Source of the DNA: an uncultured bacterium
Lineage (GTDB): Bacteria > JAJVIF01 > JAPKYR01
Direction: 5' to 3'
Assembly: GCA_965369865.1 (NCBI GenBank)
Contig: CBDURU010000003.1
Coordinates: 36,560 to 100,559 of the forward strand
DNA: 64,000 bases
In this document: in pieces, positions 1 through 10,501 of the stretch
How the letters are laid out: each line of letters opens with the position of its first letter
Position numbering within the stretch: the first letter of the stretch is position 1
Translations under genes and position numbers: made by a program
Notes under the pieces: generated by a model
Told to the model about the DNA's origin: nothing
What the model saw: the letters and a program-made list of their open reading frames with translations, nothing else
Databases searched by the model: none

Positions 1-41
1 CACTTCTCCTCGACCAGTTGGTAGTTATATTTCGGTTCCAT
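1..41 (-). CDS. Possible partial CDS running off the left edge (N-terminus MEPKYNYQLVEEK...). Function unknown.
   Basis: Minus-strand ATG at ~41 reading leftward out of the window, with an AAGGAG about 15 nt upstream (long spacing). Too short to classify. Confidence 0.25.
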   Translation of the reverse strand, partial: MEPKYNYQLVEEK

Positions 42-371
42 TGAAATCTCTGTAATCTCCTTAAAGAACTCGAACAGAAAACCATGGCGATGATTGGTTA
101 CTGATCCTGTTCGATATTATACTGATTTGGATGCGTCCTGTTATTGAAGGGGGGAACCGACGGACACGTGCCGGGGTTGTGCCTGGCCCACATCAACGGG
201 ATGCGGGCCGTAGAAGGTCGAGGTGAAGTACGAAGAAATTTGGAAACGGTTTCGACATTTTTATTTCACATAAATAGAATCCTGTTCCGTGGGTGTTATA
301 TACACTGATGAAACCGATGTGTCAAGGCTTTCAAGGCTTAAAATCAGGCAGGTCGGCAGCAGGATCGGAAA

Positions 372-497
372 CTTAGATGCTTTGAATTCATGGGGACGCT
401 TTTCCATGCTTCCAGCGTTGAAAGTGTCCCCATGAATTCTTAGTTACACGGGACACCTTCAATGCTGGAAGCATGGAAAGGCGTCCCTGAATCTAAG
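372..497. repeat. ~125-bp imperfect palindrome: two ~45-bp inverted arms with a 16-nt perfect core (tttccatgcttccagc), separated by a ~19-bp spacer.
   Basis: Seen directly. Arm 1 is gaattcatggggacgcttttccatgcttccagcgttgaaagtgtcccc; the reverse complement of arm 2 matches it at roughly 85%. The outer cttagat / atctaag pair extends the symmetry. Confidence 0.7.
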
Positions 498-540
498 ATT
501 GGTCTTACATCGAGGATGTTCCCATTCAATACCGAGTAAA

Positions 541-582
541 AAAAAATTCTAAAAACAAAAAACCGCTGGTGATTCAGCGGTT
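541..582 (-). terminator. Rho-independent terminator for marR. The + strand has a T-run at 583-590, so it may be bidirectional.
   Basis: GC hairpin aaccgctg-gtgattca-gcggtt (561-582). On the minus strand it is followed by TTTTTTGTTTTT (complement of 541-560), immediately 3' of the marR stop at 621. Confidence 0.6.
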
Positions 583-620
583 ACGTTTTTAGTCAAATTG
601 ATGAGTGGGAGAAATACCGG

Positions 621-1052
621 TCAGTTTTCAAGCTCGGTAACCTGTGCCATCAGACGTTTCAGGAGATGGTTTAGTTCCTTTTTGTCCTTGACATTGAAAC
701 CGTTGAACAGCCGGTCTCCCCATTGGTTCTTGACAGGCTGGATGTCGCGAAGAACTTTCTTGCCCTTCGCGGTGACGACTGCACGGATGACGCGCCGGTC
801 CTTGGGATCGTCCTTGCGTTTCGCAAGTCCATCCCTTTCCATTCTGTCAATCAAGCCGGTAATGTTACCCTTGGTGACATCGAGGTGCTTACCGAGCTCG
901 CTTAACGGGATCCCTGTCGATCCGGAATCGTTAAGAATGTCCAGAACAGCCCACTGCTGCTGGGTAGCTCCGAGTACTCCGGCAATCCTGTTGCCCATGC
1001 GACGAAGCATGTTGTCAAGTTTGAAGATCGTCGAGATGATTTCTTCTTCCAT
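621..1052 (-). CDS. MarR-family winged-helix transcriptional regulator
   Basis: 143 aa. Carries the MarR wHTH signature (…LSELGKHLDVTKGNITGLIDRMERDGLAKRKDDPKDRRVIRAVVTAKGKK…). ATG start at 1052. Confidence 0.85.
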   Translation of the reverse strand: MEEEIISTIFKLDNMLRRMGNRIAGVLGATQQQWAVLDILNDSGSTGIPLSELGKHLDVTKGNITGLIDRMERDGLAKRKDDPKDRRVIRAVVTAKGKKVLRDIQPVKNQWGDRLFNGFNVKDKKELNHLLKRLMAQVTELEN

Positions 1053-1542
1053 TGTGCTCTCTCATTTCATTTTACCGGGAACTGTGTCCCGGTAATATAT
1101 ATTTTTATCCTGACACATCTATTAAAGATGCCGGATGAAATCCATAAAAAAAATCTTAATTCCCCAACATAATTTCTATTAATACCAGAAGGTTTATACT
1201 CCTATCGGCCCGTCAACCGGACAGTATTCTATCACGTAATGTCCAAGATGTCAGTATATAATTCCAGATTTTTAATATTATTTATCAAGCAAACTGTCAA
1301 TGTACATTTTGAACGATGATTCAAGGTAAATGCGCGACCTGACCCGGTTTATGCCTGTTCCAAAGGGATTTCAGGGATTCCTGGCGAGCCGATCCCGCTA
1401 ATTGCCCGTATTGATCGGGAAAGCTCAGAAGCGGAAGGTACTCATGATAATTAATGCGGAAGATCGCTTATGTAAATTTGTGACATATTTATTTTAAACT
1501 ATGGGATGGAAGTAATGGTGCCGTTTAACCATGGTCCCGGTG

Positions 1543-3264
1543 TTACAGAACACGTCTTGCGCACACGAACCGGTCGTTGTAATAACCGGTGTCCAGCGGG
1601 CTTATAACAACACCGCCGCGGTGGCTTGAAGAGTGAATAAAATCACCGTTTCCGATATATAAACCAACGTGGCTGATTCCTGTTCGGGTGGTGTGGAACA
1701 GGACAATGTCGCCGGGGAGCAGGTCGGAATAGTCAACAGAAGCGCCATGGTCGGCCTGTTCGACGGCGCGATGAGGGAGGGAAACGCTGAACATCGAGTA
1801 AAGGGCCATGGTAAACCCGGAACAATCGACGCCACCGGTCAGGCTCGTGCCCGCCCAGACATAAGGCGTGCCAAGATATTTAATAGCTTCCTCGACAACC
1901 GCCTGACCGGTCGATGAACCGGAGCCGGAGCCGATTGGGGTATCCGGGGCGCCATAGTTGACATTCCCCGATGAAGGCGCGGGGACAGGTGGACGGGGCA
2001 GCGGTATCCTGAGGTCGCGCCCGATCCTCAGGGATGTCCTGATATCAAGTCCGTTCCGGTCCTTCAGTTCACTCTGCGTGATTTCGAACGCATGAGCGAC
2101 TTCACTGATCGTGTCTCCGCGGCGTACGGTATAGAGATGGTAGGGGGTTCCGTCACTGAATGTCCCGTCATTTGACAGACCATCTTCCGATACAGGCGAT
2201 GGGTCCGGTGTTGAAAGTTCAGGAGGCGTGATGAGGGTAAAATCGAATATTTCAGAATGCCAGCCCGTTAGATCCTCGAACTGATCGATTGGTTCCTCAA
2301 TGACAATGGGCTGCAATGGTTGCAGCTCGTCGGAGTAATCCTCGGGTGGATCGGGGACGATCGGGTCAGGCTGTGATTTAACTATCGGAGCTGACCGGTA
2401 GGTAGGAACTACAAGCTCGGACCCTTCGCGCAATAAACTGTCCACCATGAGATTATTGGCCTCGGTCAGGGCAGCGAGTGAGATTTCGTTACGTTCCGCG
2501 ATTTCGCTGAGCGTATCCCCTGAAATGACAATATAACTTTCCCAGGTCGAGGATCGTGACTGGAGGTTGTCGAGGTCAGCGGGGATCAGGAGTTCATCAC
2601 CGACATGCAGGATCGCACCCTCGGTGAGATTATTATATGAAAGAACCGTTTGGACGCCGACCCCGAACTCCCGGGCGATTGTCCACGGGTTATCTCCCGC
2701 TTGTACCTGGTAGCGCAGGGGTTCGGGTAGCGGTTCGGAAATTTCTTCTGTATCCTCAGCGGATTCAGCGTTCCCCTGGTATTCATAATCGGAAGGAGGA
2801 ATACTCAGCATCTGACCCGGCTGGATGAGGTCATCTTCGGTAAGGTCGTTGAATTCGAGAAGGACAAGCGTGCCGATCTGGAAACGGTGCGCGATCATGT
2901 AGGGGTTATCGCCGTGTTGGACGATATAGGTCGTTTCCCTGGTGGATTCCGATTCTTCATTATCCGTTTCGGTGTCCGTGGAATCCTCGCCGCGATCGGA
3001 TGGGATTGCGACGCACTGTCCAATCTGCAGAACCGGGTTTTCATCGGATGCCCATCCGTTGGCGGCGTAAAGATCGCCCAGGCCGACGCCGAACCGTAAG
3101 GCAATCGACCAGGCTGAATCGCCGTCCTCAACAACGTAGATAACGTCCGCCGAAACGGGCCCGGCAAGCATAAGCCAGATGAAAATTGGCAGCAGGCAGA
3201 ACAATAATCCCCGCCTGCCGTTAAATTGATTGGATTTACGTATCAAAATACGCTTAACCTTCAA
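1543..3264 (-). CDS. Secreted cell-wall hydrolase: four LysM repeats plus a C-terminal NlpC/P60 cysteine peptidase domain
   Basis: 573 aa. N-terminal signal/TM segment. LysM motifs recur (YVVEDGDSAWSIALRFG, YIVQHGDNPYMIAHRF, YQVQAGDNPWTIAREFG, YTVRRGDTISEVAHAF). The C-terminus has the NlpC/P60 Cys-His core (…GVDCSGFTMALYSMF…GDIVLFH…ISHVGLYIGNGDFIHS). Confidence 0.85.
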   Translation of the reverse strand: MKVKRILIRKSNQFNGRRGLLFCLLPIFIWLMLAGPVSADVIYVVEDGDSAWSIALRFGVGLGDLYAANGWASDENPVLQIGQCVAIPSDRGEDSTDTETDNEESESTRETTYIVQHGDNPYMIAHRFQIGTLVLLEFNDLTEDDLIQPGQMLSIPPSDYEYQGNAESAEDTEEISEPLPEPLRYQVQAGDNPWTIAREFGVGVQTVLSYNNLTEGAILHVGDELLIPADLDNLQSRSSTWESYIVISGDTLSEIAERNEISLAALTEANNLMVDSLLREGSELVVPTYRSAPIVKSQPDPIVPDPPEDYSDELQPLQPIVIEEPIDQFEDLTGWHSEIFDFTLITPPELSTPDPSPVSEDGLSNDGTFSDGTPYHLYTVRRGDTISEVAHAFEITQSELKDRNGLDIRTSLRIGRDLRIPLPRPPVPAPSSGNVNYGAPDTPIGSGSGSSTGQAVVEEAIKYLGTPYVWAGTSLTGGVDCSGFTMALYSMFSVSLPHRAVEQADHGASVDYSDLLPGDIVLFHTTRTGISHVGLYIGNGDFIHSSSHRGGVVISPLDTGYYNDRFVCARRVL

Positions 3265-3576
3265 CAGGTAAATTTTTTACACCCACCCATTCATCCTGGT
3301 CCGTTCAAAAATCGAACAAGAAAGCGTATCATCGGCAAGCCTGAAAATCAAATCGGATGGATTTCAAACAAGCCAAATCCTGATAGTCGTCAATGACGGC
3401 TATCTATACATATTATCGGCAGTGAATTGAAATTTTGGCGCGGTACGTACTTATGACGCATTAATTTCAGACAGTAAATGAAGGATCCTTATCCAATTAT
3501 GATTGCCCGGATTCACTCGCGGTGGTAATCTAACCCGATCTGACAATGTCCCTTTCCTTAACTAAGGCATCCATAC

Positions 3577-5415
3577 ATGAAACGCCTCAGGGAACAATTT
3601 AAAATTTTCCGCAGCCGGCCCGACTTGCCCTTCTTTCAGAAGGTCTGGAAATTAATAGCCGGCACGCTCGATGCACACCATCTTCACCTGTCCGAAAGCG
3701 CTGTAACCAACATTTTGGCGATCGTTGTCGGGATCATGTCGGGTTATGGTGCTGTTATTTTCCGCTGGATGTTGATAACAGTCACGGATTTCTGGGGAAG
3801 CTCAGGGAATCCGATGTTAGAAAGCTGGTTCCCGTGGCTTGGGAAATTCGCGTTTGTGCCGGTACCGATAATCGGCATGGTTCTAGTCGCACTGCTGGTC
3901 CGGTACGTGGCGCCGGAAGTCGGTGGCAGCGGGATTCCGGAAGTGATGGAATCGGTCGCGATGAAATCAGGGAGGATCAGGGGTCGGGTGGGAGTCGTAA
4001 AAGCAATCGCCAGTTCAATATGTATCGGGTTCGGAGGATCGGCGGGACGCGAGGGACCGATTGTCCAGATCGGAGCGACACTTGGGTCGGTGTTTGCCGG
4101 TGTTTTGAAAATGTCCAGCGAACGGCGTCGATGGCTGGTGGCGTGCGGCGCGGGCGCCGGGATCGCGGCAACATTCAATACGCCGATCGCCGGAGTAATT
4201 TTCGCGATGGAGGTTATCCTACACGGTTCGACACTACGGAGTTTCGCATCGGTTGTTCTCGCTACTGTTTCGGGATCGGTAATCGGACGAATGTATTTCG
4301 GTGACGGGTCCACGTTTGATTTCCTACCCTACGCTTTCGAAAGCAATGTCGAAGTTATCTGGTACGTGATTCTTGGGGTCGCGGCCGGAGCGGTCGGCAT
4401 TCTTTACACAAAATCAATTTACTGGGTAGCGGGGATCATGGATTATTTTAAAAAAGTCCCATTTGTCGTAAAAGCCGCGATAGCAGGGCTTCTGATTGGA
4501 ATCGTGGCGTCAATCTATCCCGAAGTCAGGGGTGTCGGCTATGAAGCGATTTCCGAGGCGGTTAATACGAATCTTGTTTTGCAGACAATGCTGGTCCTGA
4601 TGGTCGTGAAAATTATCGCCACGGCATTGACTATCGGTTCCGGTGGATCGGGTGGAGTTTTTGCACCTGCGTTGTTTATCGGAGCCATGGTCGGCGGGGT
4701 TTGCGGTAACGTGTTTGAGGCAATCGCACCGGAACACACCGCGGGAAGTCCCCCATATGTTATGGTCGGAATGGCGGCGGTATTTTCCGCGGTCACCCAT
4801 GCCCCATTAACGGCAATTTTCGCACTGTTCGAGATGACGGGGGATTACAATATGATCCTGCCGCTGATGGCCTCGGTTGTGATTGCGACGATGCTTTCAA
4901 ACCATTTTGTACATGAGTCCGTGTTCACGATGAAACTGGTCAGGAGAGGTGTCAGGCTGCGATGGGGAGCTAATGTCGATTTACTGGAGAGCCTGAAAGT
5001 CAGGGATGTAATGAAAATTGATGTACATACGGTCCTTGAAAATACCACGAAAAGCGAGTTGTATGAATTATTCACTGAGTTACACCACAACGGATTTCCG
5101 GTCCTGGATATAAAAGGACGTCTTGTCGGTGTGGTAACTTTGACCGATTTTTACAACGCAGCCCATTATCCGGAATTCACCCCTGTGGATAAATTCTGCT
5201 CTCATAAACCACTGACCGTGTCGCCTGAAGACGATCTCAGCGGGGCTTTGAAAAAGATGAGTATTAGGGATATCGGCAGGCTTCCGGTTGTCTCCGACCA
5301 GGACCCGACTCATATGGTCGGGATAATTACCAGGTCGGATGTTCTGCAGGCGTATGAAATGGCCCTCCGACGCCAGCAGTCGGACGATGCTGAGATGAGC
5401 ATGACCGATGAGTAA
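3577..5415 (+). CDS. ClC-family voltage-gated chloride channel / H+-Cl- antiporter with a C-terminal CBS-domain pair
   Basis: 612 aa. ClC selectivity motifs GSGIPE, GREGP and GSGGSGGVFAP are present, followed by two CBS-like repeats (VRDVMKIDVHTV…, …GRLPVVSDQDPTHMVGIITRSDVL). Confidence 0.9.
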   Translation: MKRLREQFKIFRSRPDLPFFQKVWKLIAGTLDAHHLHLSESAVTNILAIVVGIMSGYGAVIFRWMLITVTDFWGSSGNPMLESWFPWLGKFAFVPVPIIGMVLVALLVRYVAPEVGGSGIPEVMESVAMKSGRIRGRVGVVKAIASSICIGFGGSAGREGPIVQIGATLGSVFAGVLKMSSERRRWLVACGAGAGIAATFNTPIAGVIFAMEVILHGSTLRSFASVVLATVSGSVIGRMYFGDGSTFDFLPYAFESNVEVIWYVILGVAAGAVGILYTKSIYWVAGIMDYFKKVPFVVKAAIAGLLIGIVASIYPEVRGVGYEAISEAVNTNLVLQTMLVLMVVKIIATALTIGSGGSGGVFAPALFIGAMVGGVCGNVFEAIAPEHTAGSPPYVMVGMAAVFSAVTHAPLTAIFALFEMTGDYNMILPLMASVVIATMLSNHFVHESVFTMKLVRRGVRLRWGANVDLLESLKVRDVMKIDVHTVLENTTKSELYELFTELHHNGFPVLDIKGRLVGVVTLTDFYNAAHYPEFTPVDKFCSHKPLTVSPEDDLSGALKKMSIRDIGRLPVVSDQDPTHMVGIITRSDVLQAYEMALRRQQSDDAEMSMTDE

Positions 5416-5498
5416 AGAATTTCATTAATTGGTATAATTTCAACGAACGCTGAAACTGGTATTATTAGTGGAAAAAGTGGACAATCTTTAACCAGACC

Positions 5499-7946
5499 AT
5501 GCCTGACGAATTCCCGTCCAATAAGAAAAAAAAATTTCAAGTCGACTGGTGGCTCGTAGCGGTGCTGCTGGTGCCAGTTATCTATTTTCTCCCTGAAATT
5601 CTCGGGCTGAATGTGTTCGCCGGGATCGATTCGTCCAGGCTTAACATGCCGTTCAGGTTATTCGACCGCGAGGCGTTCGCGGCGGGACACCTTCCACTCT
5701 GGAACCCCTATATGTACGCGGGTTTCCCACATCTCGCGGAAAGCGAATCGGGCTTATTTTATCCTGGAAATATTTTCATCCATCTCCCCGGAGATTTTTT
5801 TCACTGGTATTCAATAGAGGTCGTGGCGCATTTTATGATAGCCGCATCGGGATTTTATACATGGATGCGATTTCGACGCCATGAGAAACTGACATCCGCG
5901 TTTCTCGCGATAACGTACTCGACAACACCGTTCCTGATTTTTCATATAACAACCCTGGGACTTTTCACATCGATAGTGTGGCTGCCATGGTTCTTCCTGA
6001 TTTTCGATAAAGGCATAATCAGCAGACAACCACTTAGATTCGGATTGTGGCTATCATTAATATTTGGAATCATGCTCATGAGCGGATCGATCCATGCCGC
6101 TTTCCTCAGTATAACCGGGCTGGTTTTATACGGCCTTGGGAAAATTATCGCGTCCGGCGGCCGCCGCCCAAGGTTAAATTTATTCTGGAGAATTATACCG
6201 GTGCTTGTCCCGATCATTCTCGCCCCGGTAATTGCAGCGATCCAGATACTGCCGACCCTTGAGCTTACCCAGTTCTCCGAACGGTCGGCATCCGACCTGA
6301 TTGAATTTTATGACATGGGCACGTGGTTAAATATTCCAAGGCTCAGATCACTCGTAACTTTTCCAGCTCTCGATAATCCGGCGGATATCCAGCACTACGG
6401 AAGCAGCCTATGTTACCTGGGCGCCCTTCCGTTCATTTTCGCATTATCATCACTTGCATTCTGGAAGGAGAAACGCTGGGAACTGCTTCCATTAGTACTG
6501 ACTGGAATTGTGACGCTGCTTCTCGCATTCGGGCGTAATCTTCCCGGTTATGATTTACTGGTTCAAATTCCACCATTCTCGATGTTCCGGTATCCGGGAC
6601 GGATGGCCCATGTAGCCTTGACGGTATTTCTCATCCTTGCCGCGCCCGGACTGGATTATCTTTTAGGAAAAATTAATAATAATGAAACCAGGGGCAATCG
6701 AAACTGGTGGCCACTGATGGTGGTTGGGACCGGGATCATTATTCTCACAGGAATTTATGGGGTGGTAAAAGGCGGGATCGTTCAGGCCGGCAGCGCTCCC
6801 GTATTATTTTTTGGAATCCTGCTCGCCATGTTTTCAGTAGCTTTACGCCCAGTAAACAATGAACTAAAAAATAAAAAGCTGGCGGGAATAATTCTCGGTT
6901 CATTACTGATATTAAGTATCGTCGCCCAGGTTGTGCTTACCTACCCATTCAGCAGGCTACTCGTACAGAACCGGCCAAAATTCGACGAGTCACTTCAATT
7001 TTTCGATGACATCAAGGCCGAATTTCCATCCGATGATGAAATCCCACGGGTCCTTCTCGCGGGAAGCCATTACCTGATGGACCCGAATGCCATGGATCAT
7101 CTTGGATTCAAGGCTCTGGATAATGTCTGGGATAACATGTCGGGAAACGCGTCCGGACTCAGAAACGTGACCGCGCTCCGCGGTCTCACGCCGCTCAACC
7201 AGAATGACTGGAAGGTTATCCTCCGCGACACCCTTCAAGCCAAAATGGATACAGTGCTGGCACAAGCCCGGGAATTTGGCGAGGCGAAAATCCCCGATGC
7301 GATCTCAATGAAAATTATCCGTATGCTGGGCACGGATATCCTCCTTCTTGAAGGTGATGACTGGGAGGTCCCGGGATATGAATTGTGGCGAACCGATCTT
7401 GGGCTTCCTTATCATGACGGCTTGTGCGCGTACCGTGCCGAGGGCGGGATGATCGTGGATGCTTATTTTGTGGATATCGCTTATTTCAATTTTTATGACG
7501 GCTATGCAGGTTACCTCAGATGGCTGTCAGATGAATACATCGATATCGGAAAAAATGCAGGGATTGAAATGAGTGCGAACGGGGGTAATGAAACAATTTT
7601 CTACAGGAGTGGAATGTCAAATGTCATCGATCGCGATCGGGGTTACAACCGGATGACGTTCGATGTGTCTGTCGGCGGGGAAGGCGGCTTTTTAGTGACC
7701 GGTGAAAATTTCTATCCCGGCTGGAAAGCGTACATCGATGGTGACGAACTTGAGATCCACAAAACTAATTACCTTCTCATGGGGATCGAAGTTCCGGCAG
7801 GCGAGCATAAAATCGAATTTCGATACCAGCCGCGATCGGTGCCGGTCGGAATGATAGGGTCACTGTCGGGATTAATAATATGGGCAATTCTGATGGGTTT
7901 AACGATTCTGATATCCCGAAAAAGAACCGGTATGAGAAGGGTTTAA
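5499..7946 (+). CDS. YfhO-like polytopic membrane protein (GT-C-type glycosyltransferase-like), paralog 1
   Basis: 815 aa. More than 10 predicted TM helices in the N-terminal ~450 aa. Conserved N-terminal block LNVFAGIDSSRLNMPF…LWNPYMYAGFPHLAESESGLFYPGNIF. C-terminal soluble domain ends …GENFYPGWKAYIDGDELEIHKTNYLLMGIEVPAGEHKIEFRYQP plus one TM. The YfhO assignment is from memory of that family's C-terminal motif. Confidence 0.5.
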   Translation: MPDEFPSNKKKKFQVDWWLVAVLLVPVIYFLPEILGLNVFAGIDSSRLNMPFRLFDREAFAAGHLPLWNPYMYAGFPHLAESESGLFYPGNIFIHLPGDFFHWYSIEVVAHFMIAASGFYTWMRFRRHEKLTSAFLAITYSTTPFLIFHITTLGLFTSIVWLPWFFLIFDKGIISRQPLRFGLWLSLIFGIMLMSGSIHAAFLSITGLVLYGLGKIIASGGRRPRLNLFWRIIPVLVPIILAPVIAAIQILPTLELTQFSERSASDLIEFYDMGTWLNIPRLRSLVTFPALDNPADIQHYGSSLCYLGALPFIFALSSLAFWKEKRWELLPLVLTGIVTLLLAFGRNLPGYDLLVQIPPFSMFRYPGRMAHVALTVFLILAAPGLDYLLGKINNNETRGNRNWWPLMVVGTGIIILTGIYGVVKGGIVQAGSAPVLFFGILLAMFSVALRPVNNELKNKKLAGIILGSLLILSIVAQVVLTYPFSRLLVQNRPKFDESLQFFDDIKAEFPSDDEIPRVLLAGSHYLMDPNAMDHLGFKALDNVWDNMSGNASGLRNVTALRGLTPLNQNDWKVILRDTLQAKMDTVLAQAREFGEAKIPDAISMKIIRMLGTDILLLEGDDWEVPGYELWRTDLGLPYHDGLCAYRAEGGMIVDAYFVDIAYFNFYDGYAGYLRWLSDEYIDIGKNAGIEMSANGGNETIFYRSGMSNVIDRDRGYNRMTFDVSVGGEGGFLVTGENFYPGWKAYIDGDELEIHKTNYLLMGIEVPAGEHKIEFRYQPRSVPVGMIGSLSGLIIWAILMGLTILISRKRTGMRRV

Positions 7947-7950
7947 AGGC

Positions 7951-10440
7951 ATGAAAAAAGCGGACACGAAATCGGAATTTATACCGCTGCTCGGGCCGAT
8001 TCTTCTCCCGCTCATTTTTTTCTGGCGTGAACTTACCGGTCTGAACGTGTTCGCCGGATTTGATTTCACTCACCTGATACTACCCTTTCACCATTACGCG
8101 AGAGACGCATACAGCCACGGATTCCTGCCGGAATGGAATCCGTTCATGTTTGGTGGATTCCCACAGATCGCGGAAGGCGAGGGCGGGTTTTTTTATCCGG
8201 GAAACTGGATGATGCTCGCGTCGGGGGACCAGTCGGTGCTTCTTTCATGGAATGTCGTGCTGCACCTGATACTCACCGGGTGCCTGATGTACATGTACCT
8301 TCGAAACCGCGGCGCGACCCGTGCGACATCGGGCTGGCTTTCAATAATATACCAGTTTCTGCCGGGACTGATTTTAAGAATGGAAACGGTCGGGCTTTTC
8401 CAGGCGGTCTGCTGGCTTCCAGGATTTTTCTGGATGCTGGAACGCAGTGTGAATTCAGCAATCACGGGGAAGGACCTGAAATCGGCCTTGAAATCCGGCT
8501 GGCACAGGTGGATGTTATACGCTTCCGTGATTGTAGCGTTCATGCTTCTCGCCGGATCGAGCCAGATAGCGTTTTACGCGATGGTCGGAGGGTTTCTATA
8601 CCTGTGCGGATTTTCTTTATCCGGACCCCATCCCGGGCGGCGTGCGGGCTGGGCCGGAGCGATATTTGTGTCGATTACAATTTTCTCCGTGGTCCTGTCG
8701 GCGGTGCAATTGATCCCGACCGCGTTATTTTCCGAACTTTCGTGGCGAGTGAATGAAGCCGGGTACAGCTATTACAGGATCGGGACCTGGATCACACTGC
8801 CGCGTCTCTCAAGCCTTTTCATGTTCCCGGCCGTTAACGATACGAGTGAAATTCTCTATTATGTCACATCGCTTGGGTACATTGGACTGCTGCCGCTTTT
8901 GCTTGTTGGTGTCGCGATAAACCGGTACAAAAGATTCATGAATCCCCTGCTCCCTCCATTTTTCCTCTTGTTTTTCGGACTAATGCTCTCGTTCGGACTG
9001 AATTTTTTCATCAACGAAGACCTGATCGTATTTCCGGGATTCAATTTGTTCCGGGCGATGGGACGTATGATTCTCCCGACCGTCATCGCGTTATTCGCGA
9101 TCGCCGCGATGGGGCTTGATTCGTTGTTTCAACTTACCCGGAATGTAAAGAACGGGAAGGTTTGCCTGCATGGGATTTATGGAACGGTAATAATTTCGGT
9201 AATTCTTCTTGTATGGCTCATATTTTTTGAAAATGGAAATCATCCGGGTCTTTTTATTCCCGGTCTGGCAGGACTTGTAGTTCTTTCGGTCCTGGTTGCC
9301 GCGTTCCTTGCCGGATTCTTCCGAAAGCCTAATAAAAACTGGCTCATAGGGCTTCTGGCAGCCTGGTTCACGATCCATTTCGTAATGCTGATCCCATTGA
9401 AATCCGCAATCACCATGAACCGAAGCGCTTTCGTTCGAATGCTTGGTGAAATTACTCAAAACGATGGCATTTATCGAAATCAGGATTTTGAATATGCGTG
9501 GCCGCGGGTTCTGATTTCATATGAGGAGAATGTCTGGGAACCTTTACTCGAAAGAATTTCCACAAAGCCATTTTCGACAGGCGATCGACTTCCAATCCCG
9601 GCGACAGGAAATGAAATCACGATGGGGAAAATCGGGGTGCTGAACGCATATACCCCGCTCGTCACCGACCGATGGCACGAGGTTGCGAGGGAATATGCCG
9701 CCAGGGGTTTAGACGATATCGAAATCGCCAGCGATCGTCTTGTAAAAGTTCTCGCACTCATGCGTGCCAGCGCGATTATCGCTCCTGGAACATTTCATGG
9801 CGGTGACGGTTTCAGCGAAGTATCGACCCGGATTCTCGATATGTTCCCTGAAGGCTGGCATGTACTCTCGACTCCGGAACCTGTGCCGTATGTCAGCATC
9901 CCCGGTTATATCGAGGGCTGGGATGAAAATCACTGGGAGTGGTTCAAGTACTGGATCACGCAGGAAGATTATGAAACCGGCGACTGGGTATGTGTTGAAG
10001 TTGACGAGACCTTTGAATTTCCGGAGGGTTTCCAATGGGGGGATGTGCTTACACCCGTTGAGGAATTCCAGCCGGCAATTCCCGCGATCGGCGGTAATGA
10101 ACTCGATCCGGAACTGTCGCATGAACTAACAGCAATTACGCGGGATATCCGTGGCGCGCCGATTTTATATATCACTGTAAATACCGATGAACCGTGCTGG
10201 GTCATTGTCCGCGAAAGCAACATGCCCGGATGGACCGCGACCGTGGATCGGGAAACGGTTCAGATCGCGACGGCGGATTACCTTTTCATGGGGATTCCGG
10301 TACCCGAGGGTCAGCATGAGATCAGGCTTGAATACAAAACACCGGGGCTGGCGACAGGAGGGTGGATTTCGGGTATCGGGTGGCTGATTTTTTTGATAAC
10401 TATGGTTTTCCCGGTAGTATTTCGCGCGAAAAAATCATAG
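7951..10440 (+). CDS. YfhO-like polytopic membrane protein, paralog 2 (4 bp downstream of paralog 1)
   Basis: 829 aa. Homologous N-terminal block [16 protein letters not shown]…[28 protein letters not shown]-terminal …[40 protein letters not shown] plus a TM anchor. Confidence 0.5.
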   Translation: MKKADTKSEFIPLLGPILLPLIFFWRELTGLNVFAGFDFTHLILPFHHYARDAYSHGFLPEWNPFMFGGFPQIAEGEGGFFYPGNWMMLASGDQSVLLSWNVVLHLILTGCLMYMYLRNRGATRATSGWLSIIYQFLPGLILRMETVGLFQAVCWLPGFFWMLERSVNSAITGKDLKSALKSGWHRWMLYASVIVAFMLLAGSSQIAFYAMVGGFLYLCGFSLSGPHPGRRAGWAGAIFVSITIFSVVLSAVQLIPTALFSELSWRVNEAGYSYYRIGTWITLPRLSSLFMFPAVNDTSEILYYVTSLGYIGLLPLLLVGVAINRYKRFMNPLLPPFFLLFFGLMLSFGLNFFINEDLIVFPGFNLFRAMGRMILPTVIALFAIAAMGLDSLFQLTRNVKNGKVCLHGIYGTVIISVILLVWLIFFENGNHPGLFIPGLAGLVVLSVLVAAFLAGFFRKPNKNWLIGLLAAWFTIHFVMLIPLKSAITMNRSAFVRMLGEITQNDGIYRNQDFEYAWPRVLISYEENVWEPLLERISTKPFSTGDRLPIPATGNEITMGKIGVLNAYTPLVTDRWHEVAREYAARGLDDIEIASDRLVKVLALMRASAIIAPGTFHGGDGFSEVSTRILDMFPEGWHVLSTPEPVPYVSIPGYIEGWDENHWEWFKYWITQEDYETGDWVCVEVDETFEFPEGFQWGDVLTPVEEFQPAIPAIGGNELDPELSHELTAITRDIRGAPILYITVNTDEPCWVIVRESNMPGWTATVDRETVQIATADYLFMGIPVPEGQHEIRLEYKTPGLATGGWISGIGWLIFLITMVFPVVFRAKKS

Positions 10441-10501
10441 GATACATCCTTTGCAGGCGTTCTTGAAAATACACGAGATTCCCGAGGAGATTTCTCGCTA
10501 T

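Noticed and set aside
598-1095. 165-aa plus-strand ORF fully overlapping marR
   Set aside because: It is antisense to a gene with a clear MarR wHTH signature, uses a TTG start, and its translation is low-complexity and Arg/Ser-rich. I read it as a shadow ORF.
3265-3576. Possible fluoride (crcB) riboswitch upstream of the ClC gene
   Set aside because: The channel has canonical GREGP/GSGIPE motifs and CBS domains (chloride type, not CLC-F), and I could not find the conserved GGCGAUG…CUGAUGA riboswitch core in the leader. A covariance-model scan with RF01734 would settle it.
3744-4313. Multiple 60-190-aa antisense or alternative-frame ORFs inside the ClC, YfhO, transketolase and lipoprotein genes
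   Set aside because: All lie within longer ORFs that have strong family signatures, show biased low-complexity composition typical of GC-rich shadow frames, and lack an RBS.
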